Origin: Alphaproteobacteria bacterium
GTDB lineage: Bacteria > Pseudomonadota > Alphaproteobacteria > UBA828
NCBI GenBank assembly: GCA_965214705.1
Contig: CBDCCI010000002.1
Coordinates: forward strand, 1,664,001-1,728,000
Direction: 5' to 3'
DNA length: 64,000 nt
Shown: positions 51,128 to 63,155 of the stretch, piece after piece
How the letters are laid out: each line of letters opens with the position of its first letter
Position numbering within the stretch: the stretch's first letter is position 1
Program-made: the position numbers and the translations under genes
The notes under the pieces: model-generated
Databases searched by the model: none
Seen by the model: only the letters and a program-made list of their open reading frames with translations
Told to the model about the DNA's origin: nothing

Positions 51128-53879
51128 GTAAGCGGTATCGGGCCCCCATACTTCCAGCGGATCTGATTTCGGGGCTGACTCTCCGCCTTGACCACGAGCC
51201 ACACAGGAGAGATCGCGATGACAGATTCGATTTTGGCATCTGGCGACGGTGTCGCTGTTGCTTCGGTTGAGATCCCAGCTTCTGAGGGAGCCGCCCCGGC
51301 TCCGTCTGAGCCGGCCCCCATGCGACGCTGGCCGGACGATGAGAAGGCGCGGATTGTCTCGGAGAGCTTTGAGCCGGGCTCTTCGGTTGCGGCGGTCGCG
51401 CGCCGCCATGGCGTCAGCGATACGACCCTGACCAAGTGGCGGCGGCGCGCGCGGGAGGGAACTCTTCCGGGCGCTCGGATTGGTGGCTCTGCACCGCCAT
51501 TTGTTCCCGTGGTGGTTGATAGCGTGACGTCCGAGCGGACGGTGGCGATCGAGGCGCTAGGCGTGGTCGTTCGCCTTCCGGTGGAGAGCGCGGTCGATCG
51601 GATTGTTGCGGTGGCCTCGGGCCTGGGCCGGGCGTCGTCATGATCGCGGCCCCCTCGCTTCGCATCGTGTTGGCGACGCGGCCGGTTGATTTTCGTCGCG
51701 GCCACGACGCGCTTGCGGCGACGGCGGCGGGGGAGCTGGACCTCGATATCTATTCCGGGGTGATCGTGATCTTCCGCTCGCGCCGCGGCGACAGGCTCAA
51801 GCTCCTTGCGTGGGACGGCAGCGGTCTGGTGATGACCTACAAGCGTCTGGAGCAGGGCCGCTTCGCCTGGCCTCGGATCGAGGATGGTGTGATGCGCCTT
51901 ACGAAGGGCCAGTTCGAGGCCCTCTTCGAGGGTCTGGACTGGCGCCGGGTGAAGGCCCGCCCGGTTCGCCGCCCGCTGGCGGCGGAGTGAGGCGGCACGC
52001 AGGCGGGGCCGCAGATTTCGGTCGCGGTCCCGCCTGCACTTTTCCCTGGTCATGCATTGGCGAATCGGATTAAGGGGTGGCCCATGCCGAAGGTCACGCC
52101 CTCACCCCTCAGCAGCGCCGGTTCGCCGTCGCCTGCGGTGGTTTCGGCGGCGCTGGCGGCCCTGCATGCGGAGCTTGACGACGAGCGCGCGGCGCGCCGG
52201 GCGACGGAAGCAGCCCTATGCGAAGCGGAGCAGGCACGCGGCGCGGCGGAGGCGGCGAGGCAGACGGCGGAAGCGCGGGCGGCACGGCTGGAGGCCGAGA
52301 ACGCGCAGAGCGCGGAGCAGATCAGCCGGCTTGAGCATCTCAACAAGGAGCTCAGGAAGGCGCTGTTCGGTCCGCGCTCCGAGAAGCTCGGCGAGGACGA
52401 GCGCCAGCTTACGTTCGAGGAGTTTTGGGCGGCGATCGCTGAAGCCGGCGGTCGGCCCGAGGCAGATGACCAGGAGCAGGACGAGGGGGCTGGCGGCAAG
52501 CGCCGGCGGCGCTCTTCCCGGGGGTCGCGCAGCGGGGTGCGCTTCGGGCCCCAGGTCGACCGGCGCGAGGAGGTGATCGAGCCGGACACGATCATGTGCC
52601 CCTGCGGCTGCGGCGAGATGACGAAGATCGGCGAGGACCGCAGCGAGCGGCTGGACTATGAGCCGGCGAAGTTCACCGTCATCGAGACCGTGCGCCCCCG
52701 CTACGCCTGCAACAAGTGCAAGGGGGGCGGGGTGGTGCAGTCGCCGGCGCCGGCCGCTCTGGTCGAGGGCGGCCTTCCCACCGAGGCTCTTCTGGCGCAG
52801 GTGCTGATCGCGAAGTACGGCGATCATTGCCCGCTCTATCGCCAGTCGCAGATCTACGAGCGCTCGGGGATCGAGGTTCACCGTGCGACGCTGGCGACGT
52901 GGGTGGGCCAGGCGTCGTTTCACCTGCGCCCCGTGGTCGCTTGCCTGGAGGATGAGCTGAAGAAGTCGGATCACCTGGGTCTGGACGAGACCACGATCCG
53001 CGTTCTCGACCCGGGCCGGGGCAAGACGAAGACGGGCTACATGTGGACCCTTGTGCGTGACGAGCGCCACTGGAGCGGCACGGACCCGCCGGGCGTCGTC
53101 TATCGCTATGCGCCCGGCCGCGGCGGCAAGTATGGCGCCGAGCTTATGGAGGGCTTTTCGGGGACGGTGCAGCTCGACGGCTACTCGGGCCACAACATCC
53201 TGGCGCGGCCGGACCGGGCGGAAGGCCCTGTGACGCGGGCCCTCTGTTGGGCGCATGTAAGACGGAAGCTGAAAGAGGTATACGACTCGAGCGCATCGCC
53301 GATCGCGCTGGCCGGTCTGAATCGGATCGCGAAGCTCTATGCGATCGAGAAGAAGATCCGGGGCAAGCCGCCGGCGGAGCGCCGCGCGATCCGTTGGGAG
53401 GAGTCGGCGCCGATCGTGAACACCTTCGGTGTCTGGCTCGACGAGCAGCGCTCGCGCGTCTCACCGCGCTCGCGTCTCGGCGAGAAGCTGACCTATATCG
53501 CCAACCAGTGGGACGGGCTGCTGGAGTTCCTGCACGACGGTCGTGTCGAGATCGACTCGAACCTGGTGGAAAACCGAATCCGGCCGCTGAAGCTCACCGC
53601 CAAGAACGCGCTCTTCGCCGGCAACGACGAGGGTGCGCAAGCCTGGGCCCGCATCGCCTCGCTGATCGAGACCTGCAAGATGAACGGCGTCGAGCCCTAC
53701 GCCTGGATGCGGAGCACGCTCGAGAAGATCGCCAAGGGCCACCCGCAGTCGGGCATCCAGGAGCTTCTGCCGTGGAACTTCCAGCCCGAGGCAAAATGAC
53801 TCGCGCGCTCACGGCGCTCCTCAAGAAATCCCCGTCGTAGTCAAGCCAGATTCCGGTATGGGGTCTGCGTACCGCTTAC
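51128..53879 (+). mobile_element. IS66 copy 2, intact (tnpA 51218-51643, tnpB 51640-51990, tnpC 52084-53799)
   Basis: GTAAGCGG / CCGCTTAC ends; 8-bp TSD AATACAGG. Confidence 0.96.
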
Positions 53880-55560
53880 AATACAGGAGGTTCCGACGTG
53901 GTCGGACGCGGCCGCGGAGGATGCCGGGCAAGGCGTGTGACCGGGCAAGAGTTGGGTCGCCGCTTGGCACCGTTCTACAGATGGGTCCCGCCTCCCGGAA
54001 CGTCACCACCGCTTGGATGCGGTATTGGGGTCACGGAGCCGGCAAGCGCCGGAGTTCCGAACCGGATAAGAGCTGAGCAGCGTGGCGGATCGCTGCGTGG
54101 AAACGACGTTCTGCCTGGACATCGGCCGCGGATTCGAGTGGAGAGATTGCGAATGCCATTGACGTAGATGAAGCCGGGCCTTGCGGAGAGAGCTCATAAG
54201 AACTCCTGCCGCAACCGCCACTGCCCCACCTGCCAGGGTCTCGCCGCCAACCTCTGGAGCGAGGAGCGCGCCGGGGACATCCTGCCGGTGCCCTACTTCC
54301 ATGTGGTCTTCACCCTGCCCAAGGAGGTTGCCGCCATTGCCTTCTGCAACCGCAGGGTGGTGTTCGACATCCTCTTCCGGGCCGTCGCCGAGACCCTGCG
54401 CACCATCGCCGCCGATCCCCGCCACGGCGGCATGCGCATCGGCGGCACCGCGGTCCTCCATACCTGGGATCAGAAGCTCCGCTTCCACCCGCACCTGCAC
54501 GTGGTCGTGCCCAACGCGGGCTTCGACGTAGACAGTGGCGAGTGGAAGACGGGGAGCACCACCTTCCTCGCCCCCGTCAAGGTCCTCGGCAGCCTGTTCC
54601 GCCGCCTCTTCCTCGAGGAGCTCGCCCGCGCCCACGGCCGGGGGGACCTGGAGTTCCACGGCACCCTCGCCCACCTCGCCAATCCCGGCGAGTTCCACGC
54701 CACGCTTGCCGCCGCCCGGGCCAGGGACTGGGTGGTCTACGCCAAGCGGCCCTTCCGCGGGCCTGAGCAGGTCTTCCGGTACCTCTCGCACTACACGCAC
54801 AGGATCGCCATCTCCGACAGCCGCATCGTCTCCTTCGACGGCGAGACGGTCTCCTTCCGCCACCGAAAGCCCAAGGCGCCGGGGCAGAGAAAGCCGCGCT
54901 ACGGCATCGCCACCGTGAGCGCCGACGAGTTCATCCGCCGCTTCCTGAGGCACGTCCTGCCGGACGGCATGCACCGCATTCGCTACTTCGGCATCCTCGC
55001 CAACGGCTGCCGCGCCAGCACGCTGGAGAGAGCACGCCAGGCTCTCGGCGCCCTCGGCTGCGCCGCCCCCGAGGGAAGCGTGGACGGCGCTCGGGCCGAG
55101 CCCGACGAAGAGCCCGAGATCGGCACCGCGCCCGTGGCCTGCCCCCACTGCGGCGGCGTCATGCGCCTCGTCCGCGAAATCCGCCGCCGCCATGAGCCCC
55201 GCTCGACGCGCGGCCCGCCGGCGCTGCCGCCGACCCACAGGGGGAAACCGTGAGACGCCCGCTCGCTTCGGCCCCGCGCAACGGCGCCAAAGCGCCGACG
55301 CACGACCGAACCTGTCTCCGCTTGAGCCGGGCTGACAGCCCTCGGCTCACACCCCGCTCAGTCCTCGCAGCGTGCGCCCGCATGCCTGCCGAAAGACCGG
55401 CGCGAGCGTCGATTTTATGCGCAACTCTGCTGCCGGTGGATGCCGCCTGACGCTGACATCAGCGCACTTTCCACATAGCTCAACTTCGCCTCTCGTGGCC
55501 CGCGGCTTCGTTCAAAAGGGTTGGGCAGGCTCTCGAGAGAGAGCCTGCCCAACCCTTAAC

Positions 55561-55654
55561 CTTGCCGGGGCGCAGGAGGACCGCCACCGGCTTGCCGCTT
55601 TCCACGTGATAGACGTGGATGGGGAGGAAGCAGCGGGTGTCGTAATGAGCGTTG
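55561..55654 (-). pseudogene. Internal IS1380 transposase fragment between two IS91-like copies
   Basis: NAHYDTRCFLPIHVYHVESGKPVAVLLRPGK, in frame with TPSG at 48484. Confidence 0.88.
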
Positions 55655-57119
55655 AACGAAGCCGCTACGCGGAGTTAGCGGCGTAGAGTTCATTCATTTC
55701 CGAGGCGTCGCGGGTGCCGTTTGTTCTGTGCGTTCGCTTCCCGGTTGCGTCAGTGGCGCTCCGCCCGTCGGGTGGCGGATCCCCAGCAGCCTCCCGATCA
55801 CCAGTGGTTAGCATCGACCCCTGCGACGGACCGTCGCCGGATCGGTCCGGCGGCGCGCCGTCGCGATCCAGGGAGATCGATAATGACCGGGACCGCGTGC
55901 GACACGAACACCGTCACCCCTCTTCGCCAGCGCATGGAGGAGCAGCTCCGCATCGCCAATCTGGCCGCGAGCACGTCCAAGGCCTACATCTGCGAGATCA
56001 AGAACCTGGCCAGGTACTACGACGCCTCGCCGGACGAGCTCGACGCCGAGCAGGTGCGCCAGTGGTACCTGGGGCGGATCGACAAGGGGCTCAGTCCGGG
56101 CACGACCAACGTCTCCTTCGCCGCGCTGAACTTCCTCTACATCGACACACTCGGCTGGCCTGACCATGTCGCCGGCCTGCGCTCCCGCAAGAAGCCCGGC
56201 AAGCTGCCGCGCTACATGTCGGAGCAGGAGGTCGAGCACCTCATCCTTGCGACACCCGACCTCCGCCACCGTGCTGCCATTGTCACCGGCTATGGCGGCG
56301 GGCTCCGCATCTCCGAGACCTTGGCCATCAAGGTCGGCGACATCCTGTCGGAGAAGAAGCTGCTGCACATCCCCTCCGGCAAAGGCGGCACCGAGAGAAT
56401 GGCACCGTTGCCGGACATCGTCATCCACTACTTGCGCGTCTACTACAGGAACATCTGGCCGCGTCCGACGAGCTGGCTCTTCTACGGCGTCTCGCTCGAC
56501 AGGCCCATCGCAACGGAGACCTTGCAGGCCGCCTTCAGGAGGGCGCGCGACATTGCCGAGCTCGACCGCAGCTACACCTTCCATTGCCTGCGCCATTCGG
56601 CGGCGACCCATCTCCTCGAGCGCGGCGGCGATATCGAGGTGATCCGGGACATGCTCGGCCATCGAAGCGCGAACACGACCCGTCACTACGCCCGCGTCAC
56701 CGGCAAGATGTTCGAGGGCCTCGACCACCCGATCTCAGGCTTCGCAGCGTTGCGCAACTGACGGCGCGTGGAGGCCGAACGCGCGGGCGTGGCGGAGATC
56801 TTCCGCCGCGCCGGCGCCGCTTTCCGTGAGCGCCACAAAGGGCGCATCGACGCCGCCCGGCTCAAGGTCATGGGCGCCATCGAGGCGTGCCGCACCGCCG
56901 TGCTCGGCGGCCACATGTACGCCTGCGAGGGCTGCGGGCGCGAGCATCCGCTCTTCAACTCCTGCCGCAACCGCCACTGCCCCACCTGCCAGGGTCTCGC
57001 CGCCAACCTCTGGAGCGAGGAGCGCGCCGGGGACATCCTGCCGGTGCCCTACTTCCATGTGGTCTTCACCCTGCCCAAGGAGGTTGCCGCCATTGCCTTC
57101 TGCAACCGCAGGGTGGTGT
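55651..57119 (+). mobile_element. IS91-like element, copy 4, truncated in the transposase; recombinase 55883-56761 intact
   Basis: Identical to copy 2 up to 57119; left border GTTG. Confidence 0.93.
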
Positions 57120-57502
57120 GGTCCTAAACTTGATATTATTGGGGTACGTCAGGTAGTGGAGTGGGTCGTTTTCTCTCCTGCATATGTGTTACATTACAGG
57201 TGATTGGTTCGTTTCGCAAGAGGATTGTGGCGGCTCTTATCTGATATAAAATTTTGTGCCGTGAACCGATCAGTTGCATTTTGGGAAGTGAAGGCGTATG
57301 TCAGGAGCGGTGAGTCTGTCATTGCGGAGACACGCACGATGGATATTCGTGCTTGTAGAGGGTATAAGGCGGTGGGTATTCGTGACGTATGCGGATGGGC
57401 GGTTCGTAACTGTTTTATATGGTGTTATGCAGGTGGTTTCGGCACGAACGCGGGTCCTTCGAGGTTTGTCACGCAGTATTGCACCGTCCCCGGGGTGCCC
57501 TC

Positions 57503-57812
57503 ATGAGCCGCCGGCCGGTGGAGCGCCGCAAACAGCACGCGGTAATGGCGACGGCGAGCGAGTGGGTGCGAATCCGCGAACTCGCGGCCGACGCAGGCAT
57601 GGATCTCTCGCGCTACATCGTGCACAGGGCGAGCGCGCCGGACCCGCTGCCGGATAGCGTTCTGCGCCGCGCGGTGCGCGAGCTTCTGCTGCTCGCGAAG
57701 ATCGAGCAGCAGCGTATGGCCGACATGGGGCTGGAGGAGCGCTGGAAGGCGCTCGGCGATGCCGTCGACGCGTGGCTCGACCGCGAGGCGGAGCTCGACC
57801 GGCTGATCGATC
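57503..57812 (+). pseudogene. RHH protein homologous to 17618-17980, truncated by IS66
   Basis: HAVMATASEWVRIRELAADAGMDLSRYIVHRA..LRRAVRELL; preceded by AT-rich 57120-57500. Confidence 0.8.
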
Positions 57813-60227
57813 GTAAGCGGTATTGGGCCCCCATACTTCCAGCGAATCTGATTTCGGGGCTGACTCTCCGCCTTGACCACGAGCCACACAGGAGAGATCG
57901 CGATGACAGATTCGATTTTGGCATCTGGCGACGGTGTCGCTGTTGCTTCGGTTGAGATCCCAGCTTCTGAGGGAGCCGCCCCGGCTCCGTCTGAGCCGGC
58001 CCCCATGCGACGCTGGCCGGACGATGAGAAGGCGCGGATTGTCTCGGAGAGCTTTGAGCCGGGCTCTTCGGTTGCGGCGGTCGCGCGCCGCCATGGCGTC
58101 AGCGATACGACCCTGACCAAGTGGCGGCGGCGCGCGCGGGAGGGAACTCTTCCGGGCGCTCGGATTGGTGGCTCTGCACCGCCATTTGTTCCCGTGGTGG
58201 TTGATAGCGTGACGTCCGAGCGGACGGTGGCGATCGAGGCGCTGGGCGTCGTCGTGCGGCTTCCGGTGGAGAGCGCGGTCGATCGGATCGTGGCGGTGGC
58301 CTCGGGCCTGGGCCGGGCGTCGTCATGATCGCGGCCCCCTCGCTTCGCATCGTGCTGGCGACGCGGCCGGTTGATTTTCGTCGCGGCCACGACGCGCTTG
58401 CGGCGACGGCGGCGGGGGAGCTGGACCTCGATATCTATTCCGGGGTGATCGTGATCTTCCGCTCGCGCCGCGGCGACAGGCTCAAGCTCCTTGCGTGGGA
58501 CGGCAGCGGTCTGGTGATGACCTACAAGCGTCTGGAGCAGGGCCGCTTCGCCTGGCCCCGGATCGAGGATGGTGTGATGCGCCTTACGAAGGGCCAGTTC
58601 GAGGCCCTGTTCGAGGGCCTTGACTGGCGCCGGGTCAAGGCCCTCCCGGTTCGCCGCCCGCTGGCGGCGGAGTGAGGCGGCACGCAGGCGGGGCCGCAGA
58701 TTTCGGTCGCGGTCCCGCCTGCACTTTTCCCTGGTCATGCATTGGCGAATCGGATTAAGGGATCGGCCATGCCGAAGGTCACGCCCTCACCCCTCAGCAG
58801 CGCCGGTTGGCCGTCGCCTGCGGTGGTTTCGGCGGCGCTGGCGGCCCTGCATGCGGAGCTTGACGACGAGCGCGCGGCGCGCCGGGCGACGGAAGCAGCC
58901 CTATGCGAAGCGGAGCAGGCACGCGGCGCGGCGGAGGCGGCGAGGCAGACGGCGGAAGCGCGGGCGGCACGGCTGGAGGCCGAGAACGCGCACAGCGCGG
59001 AGCAGATCAGCCGGCTTGAGCATCTCAACAAGGAACTCAGGAAGGCGCTGTTCGGTCCGCGCTCCGAGAAGCTCAACGAGGACGAGCGCCAGCTTACGTT
59101 CGAGGAGTTTTGGGCGGCGATCGCTGAAGCCGGCGGTCGGCCCGAGGCAGATGACCAGGAGCAGGACGAGGGGGCTGGCGGCAAGCGCCGGCGGCGCTCT
59201 TCCCGGGGGTCGCGCAGCGGGGTGCGCTTCGGGCCCCAGGTCGACCGGCGCGAGGAGGTGATCGAGCCGGACACGATCATGTGCCCCTGCGGCTGCGGCG
59301 AGATGACGAAGATCGGCGAGGACCGAGTGCAGCGAGACTAGCTGCTGTGCTTGCAGGTGAAAGTCCTGCCGGCGCAATTCTCAGTTTGGCGCCGTAGTCA
59401 TATCCGGCAGGCATCTGGGGCGACCCGATGACCTGAAAGCCCGGACGGAAAAGCCTCGGGGGGCCGGGGAACCCAGTGGGTCCCAAGGTCTGGTCAGCTC
59501 GGTGAGGCGAGCGAACAGGAGGGCCGCAGCGAAAGCGAACGGACTAGACGCCGAAAATGCCGATCCGCATGAAGCTGATTCGAGCGGGACTATTGGAGCT
59601 GCCAAGGGTTTCTGTGGTCTACCCGATGGCCAGTGCCGATGCGGAAGAACTGAGGCGCACGTATCGGGGCTCCCGGCGTAAGCTGATGGTGGCAATTCTG
59701 GAAAGCACAGTAGTGAAAGTCCGGAAGGTGTGGAGGTTGGACAGGATGACCCTACGAATGTCGAAGACCGTCGCTATAACCGGGCGATCCGGGAAATGAG
59801 ACGGAGATCTTCACACTGGCGGATGAGGTCGCCAAGCGTAGAGGGGCGGGACAACATAACCCGTCCTGAGCGAGGACCTCTGGGCACAGGTGGGCGACGC
59901 CGTAGCAGGCAATCCGCACACAGAGGCGGGCTAACGTGCCGCGCAGGGTGGCGTCTTGAGGACGGAGTAAACGTGGGTCTCGTTCGGGGGCATGGCGGGG
60001 TCGGCCTTAATCCCGGCGGTCCTGCGGAAGGCTCCGCTCCAAACTTCGCGGTGCCTGTTGCTTGAAGCCGTACCGTGGGAAAACCCGATGTACGGAATTT
60101 TAGGGGGGGCGGCTGGAAACGTGGCCTACGGCGGAACTGTGACCCCACCCTGCAACCGAAAGGGCAGGGATGGAAACCCTCCGCCTACGGGTGCGCGCGC
60201 CAGTGCCCTACCCGACAGCGAGCGGCT
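57813..60227 (+). mobile_element. IS66 copy 3, truncated (tnpA 57903-58328, tnpB 58325-58675, partial tnpC from 58769 with intron)
   Basis: GTAAGCGG left end; tnpC resumes for 11 bp (AGCGAGCGGCT) after the intron, then ends. Confidence 0.92.
59327..60216 (+). ncRNA. ORF-less group II intron (890 nt)
   Basis: 5' GTGCAG; domain V AAGCCGTACCGTGGGAAAACCCGATGTACGGAATT (60065-60099); 3' CCCTACCCGAC; precise insertion in tnpC without TSD; no RT ORF. Confidence 0.88.
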
Positions 60228-60521
60228 TCCGTAATGGGGCGGTTGATGTCAAGCACCGATCTTCACAACGTTCCGGCCTGGCACGGCCATTCGAACATGG
60301 GGCACCGTCGCCTGCGGTTGGGCCTCTCGCAGGCATGGTCAACATGATCGACACAGGTGGTTGCCTTGGCGGCTTCCGTAATGGGGCGGTTGATGTCAAG
60401 CACCGATCTTCACAACGTTCCGGCCTGGCACGGCCATTCGAACATGGGGCACCGTCGCCTGCGGTTGGGCCTCTCGCAGGCATGGTCACCATGATAGACA
60501 CAGGTGGTTGCCTTGGCGGCT
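60222..60521. repeat. Two tandem 147-bp units (IS1111-type right end)
   Basis: GCGGCT at 60222, 60369 and 60516; units differ at 2 positions. Confidence 0.92.
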
Positions 60522-60982
60522 AACGGGCTCGTCGACGCGGCACGGTGAAGGAAGCGGGACCCCCGGATATGTCCCCGTCGCCAGGCTCTCGCTTCCGTCC
60601 GTGGTCAGCGCAGAGCGGCTGCCAACTTCATGCCTGGTGCAAGACGATTCCCGAGTGCCGATCTGGTGTGCGTGCTCGAACGCCAAGAGGCGATTCGGCA
60701 ACAGCCGCTAGCACGTGCATCATCGGGAACCGCGTCCCGGCGAGGGGATAGCGGTGGATCGCCACCTTCAGGCGCGGCTCTTTCCTCCTCTCGCTGCTGA
60801 TTGCCGGTGGGATGCAGCCGCGCCTATGCCGTCTGGAGCGCCATCGCCTCCTCGCGCGTGAAGCGGAACTCGGTGCCGTCCCGCCACATCCGGTGAAGTA
60901 CCACGCCGATGCGCCGGGCCAAGGCGACGGTCGCCCGCTTCTTGCCGCGGAGCTTCGCCAGACGCAGCGTCCAGGCCTTCAG
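60228..60982 (-). pseudogene. IS110/IS1111-type 3' remnant with long non-coding tail
   Basis: LKAW..RGKKRATVALARRIGVVLHRMWRDGTEF, stop 60824; end TTGACATCAACCGCCCCATTACGGA. Confidence 0.82.
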
Positions 60983-61154
60983 ATCCTATGGGGCCGACTC
61001 GGAGACCGGCACTACGGTGTCGTTCTCGCTAGACCTCATCAGGAGACAAGAGATGTCCCCAACGAACGCAGGGCGGATTTGTACTTCAGCCTTTGGCTAG
61101 GCCGGCCAGCGAGTTGCCTGAAATAGTGGACTTGCTCCCCGTGTCCTGATATGA

Positions 61155-62969
61155 GTGCCGCGAGGCAGCCGTGGGGACTGGCAAGCTGTGGCAGCTCTAT
61201 CGGAGGTGGCGGTCGACATCGTGGCGGCGGAGGACGAGGCCCGCTTCCGCGACTTGATGCAGACACACCACTACCTCGGCGCGGTGCCGGGGATGGGCGA
61301 GACCGTGCGCTATGTCGCGCACCATCGAGGGCGATGGCTGGCGTTGGCGGTCTTCTCGGCACCGGCGCTGAAGTGCGGTGCGCGCGATCGCTGGATTGGC
61401 TGGGACCGCGGCCTTCAGTTCGGTCGTCTTCACCTGGTCACCAACAACTCGCGCTTCCTGATCCTGCCCGGCGGTCCGCGCAATCTCGGCTCGCGGGTGC
61501 TGTCTTTGTGCACGCGCCGTCTGGTGAGGGATTGGCCGATCCGCTTCGGTCACGACGTGCTGCTGGCGGAGACGTTCGTGGACCCGGCGCTCTTCCGGGG
61601 CACGGTCTACCGCGCGGCCAACTGGATCGAGGTCGGGCGCACCCGCGGCTTCGCTCGCGGCGGGGCCGGCTACAGCGAGCACGCACGGCCCAAGCGCGTG
61701 TTCCTTCTTCCCCTGTCCCGCACCGCGCGGGCCCGGCTGCGGGCCGACGATCTCGACCCCCGTCTGCGACATGGAGTGCCGAAGATGACGCTCACCGCCG
61801 CACAGATGCGATCCCTCCCCGAGTTCTTCCAGGGCATCGACGATCCCCGCCGCCGCCAGGGCCGGCGCCATGCGCTGCCCACGGTACTGGCGCTCGCCGC
61901 CGCCGCGACGTTCTGTGGCATGCGCGGCTACAAGGCGATCAGCGAATGGGTCGACGACCTCAGTCCCAGGGTGCTGCAGCGCTTCCGCGTGCGCCGCCGC
62001 GACGGCCGGTACCGCCCGCCCAGCCTGTCGGCGATGCGCAGCCTGCTGATCCGCGTCGATCCGGTCCAGCTCGACGCCGCGCTCAGGGCCTGGCACGAGG
62101 CCCACGGCTCGGGCGACAGCGCGCTGGCCATCGACGGCAAGACCATCCGCGGCGCCATCGATGACGATGGCAGGCAGGCTCATGTGCTCGGCATCATAGG
62201 CCACGACACCAAGGCGCCCCGGGGGCAAAAAAAATCGGCATGAGGCCCGACGCCAACGAAGGGGAGAAGCGCACCAACGAGATCGGCACCATCATCCCCC
62301 TGCTCGAGACGGTGCCCGACATCGCGGGTCGCACCGTCACCGCCGATGCTCTGCTCACCCAGCGGGCGCTGGCCTCCTAATCTGCGCGACCGCGGCGCCG
62401 ACTATCTGTTCACCGTCAAGGGCAACCAGCCCACCTTGCTCGACGACATCCGGCTCACTCTCGACGAGGCCATCGCAGGCCGCGCGCCGGACTTCGCGGA
62501 CGAGAGCCCCAAGCCCGAGCATGGCCGCCGCGAGCGGCGCTCCATCTGGGTCTCCAGCGAGCTCAACGACTACCTCAACTTCCCCGGCGTCGGACAGATC
62601 TTCGCCGTGCGGCGCGAAACCCGGCACGTCAAATCCGGCAAGAGAAGCTGCGAGACGGCTTACGGCGTCACCAGCCTGAGTGCGCAGGCCGCATCGCCGG
62701 AACGCCTGCTCACCCTCAATCGCGGGCACTGGACCATCGAGGCGACCCATCACATCCTCGACTGGAGCTTCGACGAGGACCGATGCCGTATCCGTTCAGG
62801 CTACGGTCCGGAGAACATGACCCTGCTGCGGCGCTTCGCCATCGGCGTTATCAAGGGGCGCGGGCTCGCCGTCGCCGAGACCATGCGCAATCTGGCCAGG
62901 AAACCGAGGCGGGTTCTCGACTTCCTGAAAATGACCGACAACGTCGCTCCGAGGACAGCGCCCAGCTGA
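61155..62969 (+). pseudogene. DUF4338-fused ISAs1 family transposase, frameshifted
   Basis: HHYLG, RDRWIGW, NNSRFLI, ETFVD, YRAANW then DDPRR.QG.RH, AIDGKT, A8 slip site ~62227, VTADAL, TVKGNQ, HWTIE, FDED; extra frameshift ~62378. Confidence 0.82.
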
Positions 62970-63155
62970 CCGCCCCCTCCGGGCCGCGTCCATCGCCGCG
63001 ACGCCAACCCTCGGAACGCCGGGGGCGAGCGGTCATGTCCAGATGAAGCCGTGCTCGACTCTCGCGGCCAAGGGCAGCGCTATGCGGCGGCGCCATGGCG
63101 GCCAAATCCGGTGGCCAGCCCCGCAAGGTCCTCAACGAAAGCGCGTGGAGCATGA

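Larger units (their letters stand above)
49791..54200 (+). mobile_element. IS110 family, IS1111 subgroup element (contains IS66 copy 2)
   Basis: Inserted at CTCTTC|AACTCC with no TSD; sub-terminal IR ATGAGC/GCTCAT 7 and 3 nt from the ends; long 3' non-coding region. Confidence 0.9.
48485..55560 (+). mobile_element. IS91-like element, copy 3, transposase split by an IS1111-type insertion; recombinase 48717-49595 intact
   Basis: 7076 bp minus the 4410-bp insert = 2666 bp; CTTG at both borders. Confidence 0.95.

Noticed and set aside
59327-60216. Retron or diversity-generating retroelement
   Set aside because: No reverse transcriptase gene in the window, and the RNA features are those of a group II intron.
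60222-60521. CRISPR or coding repeat
   Set aside because: Only two contiguous 147-bp units with no spacers; the sequence is an IS end.
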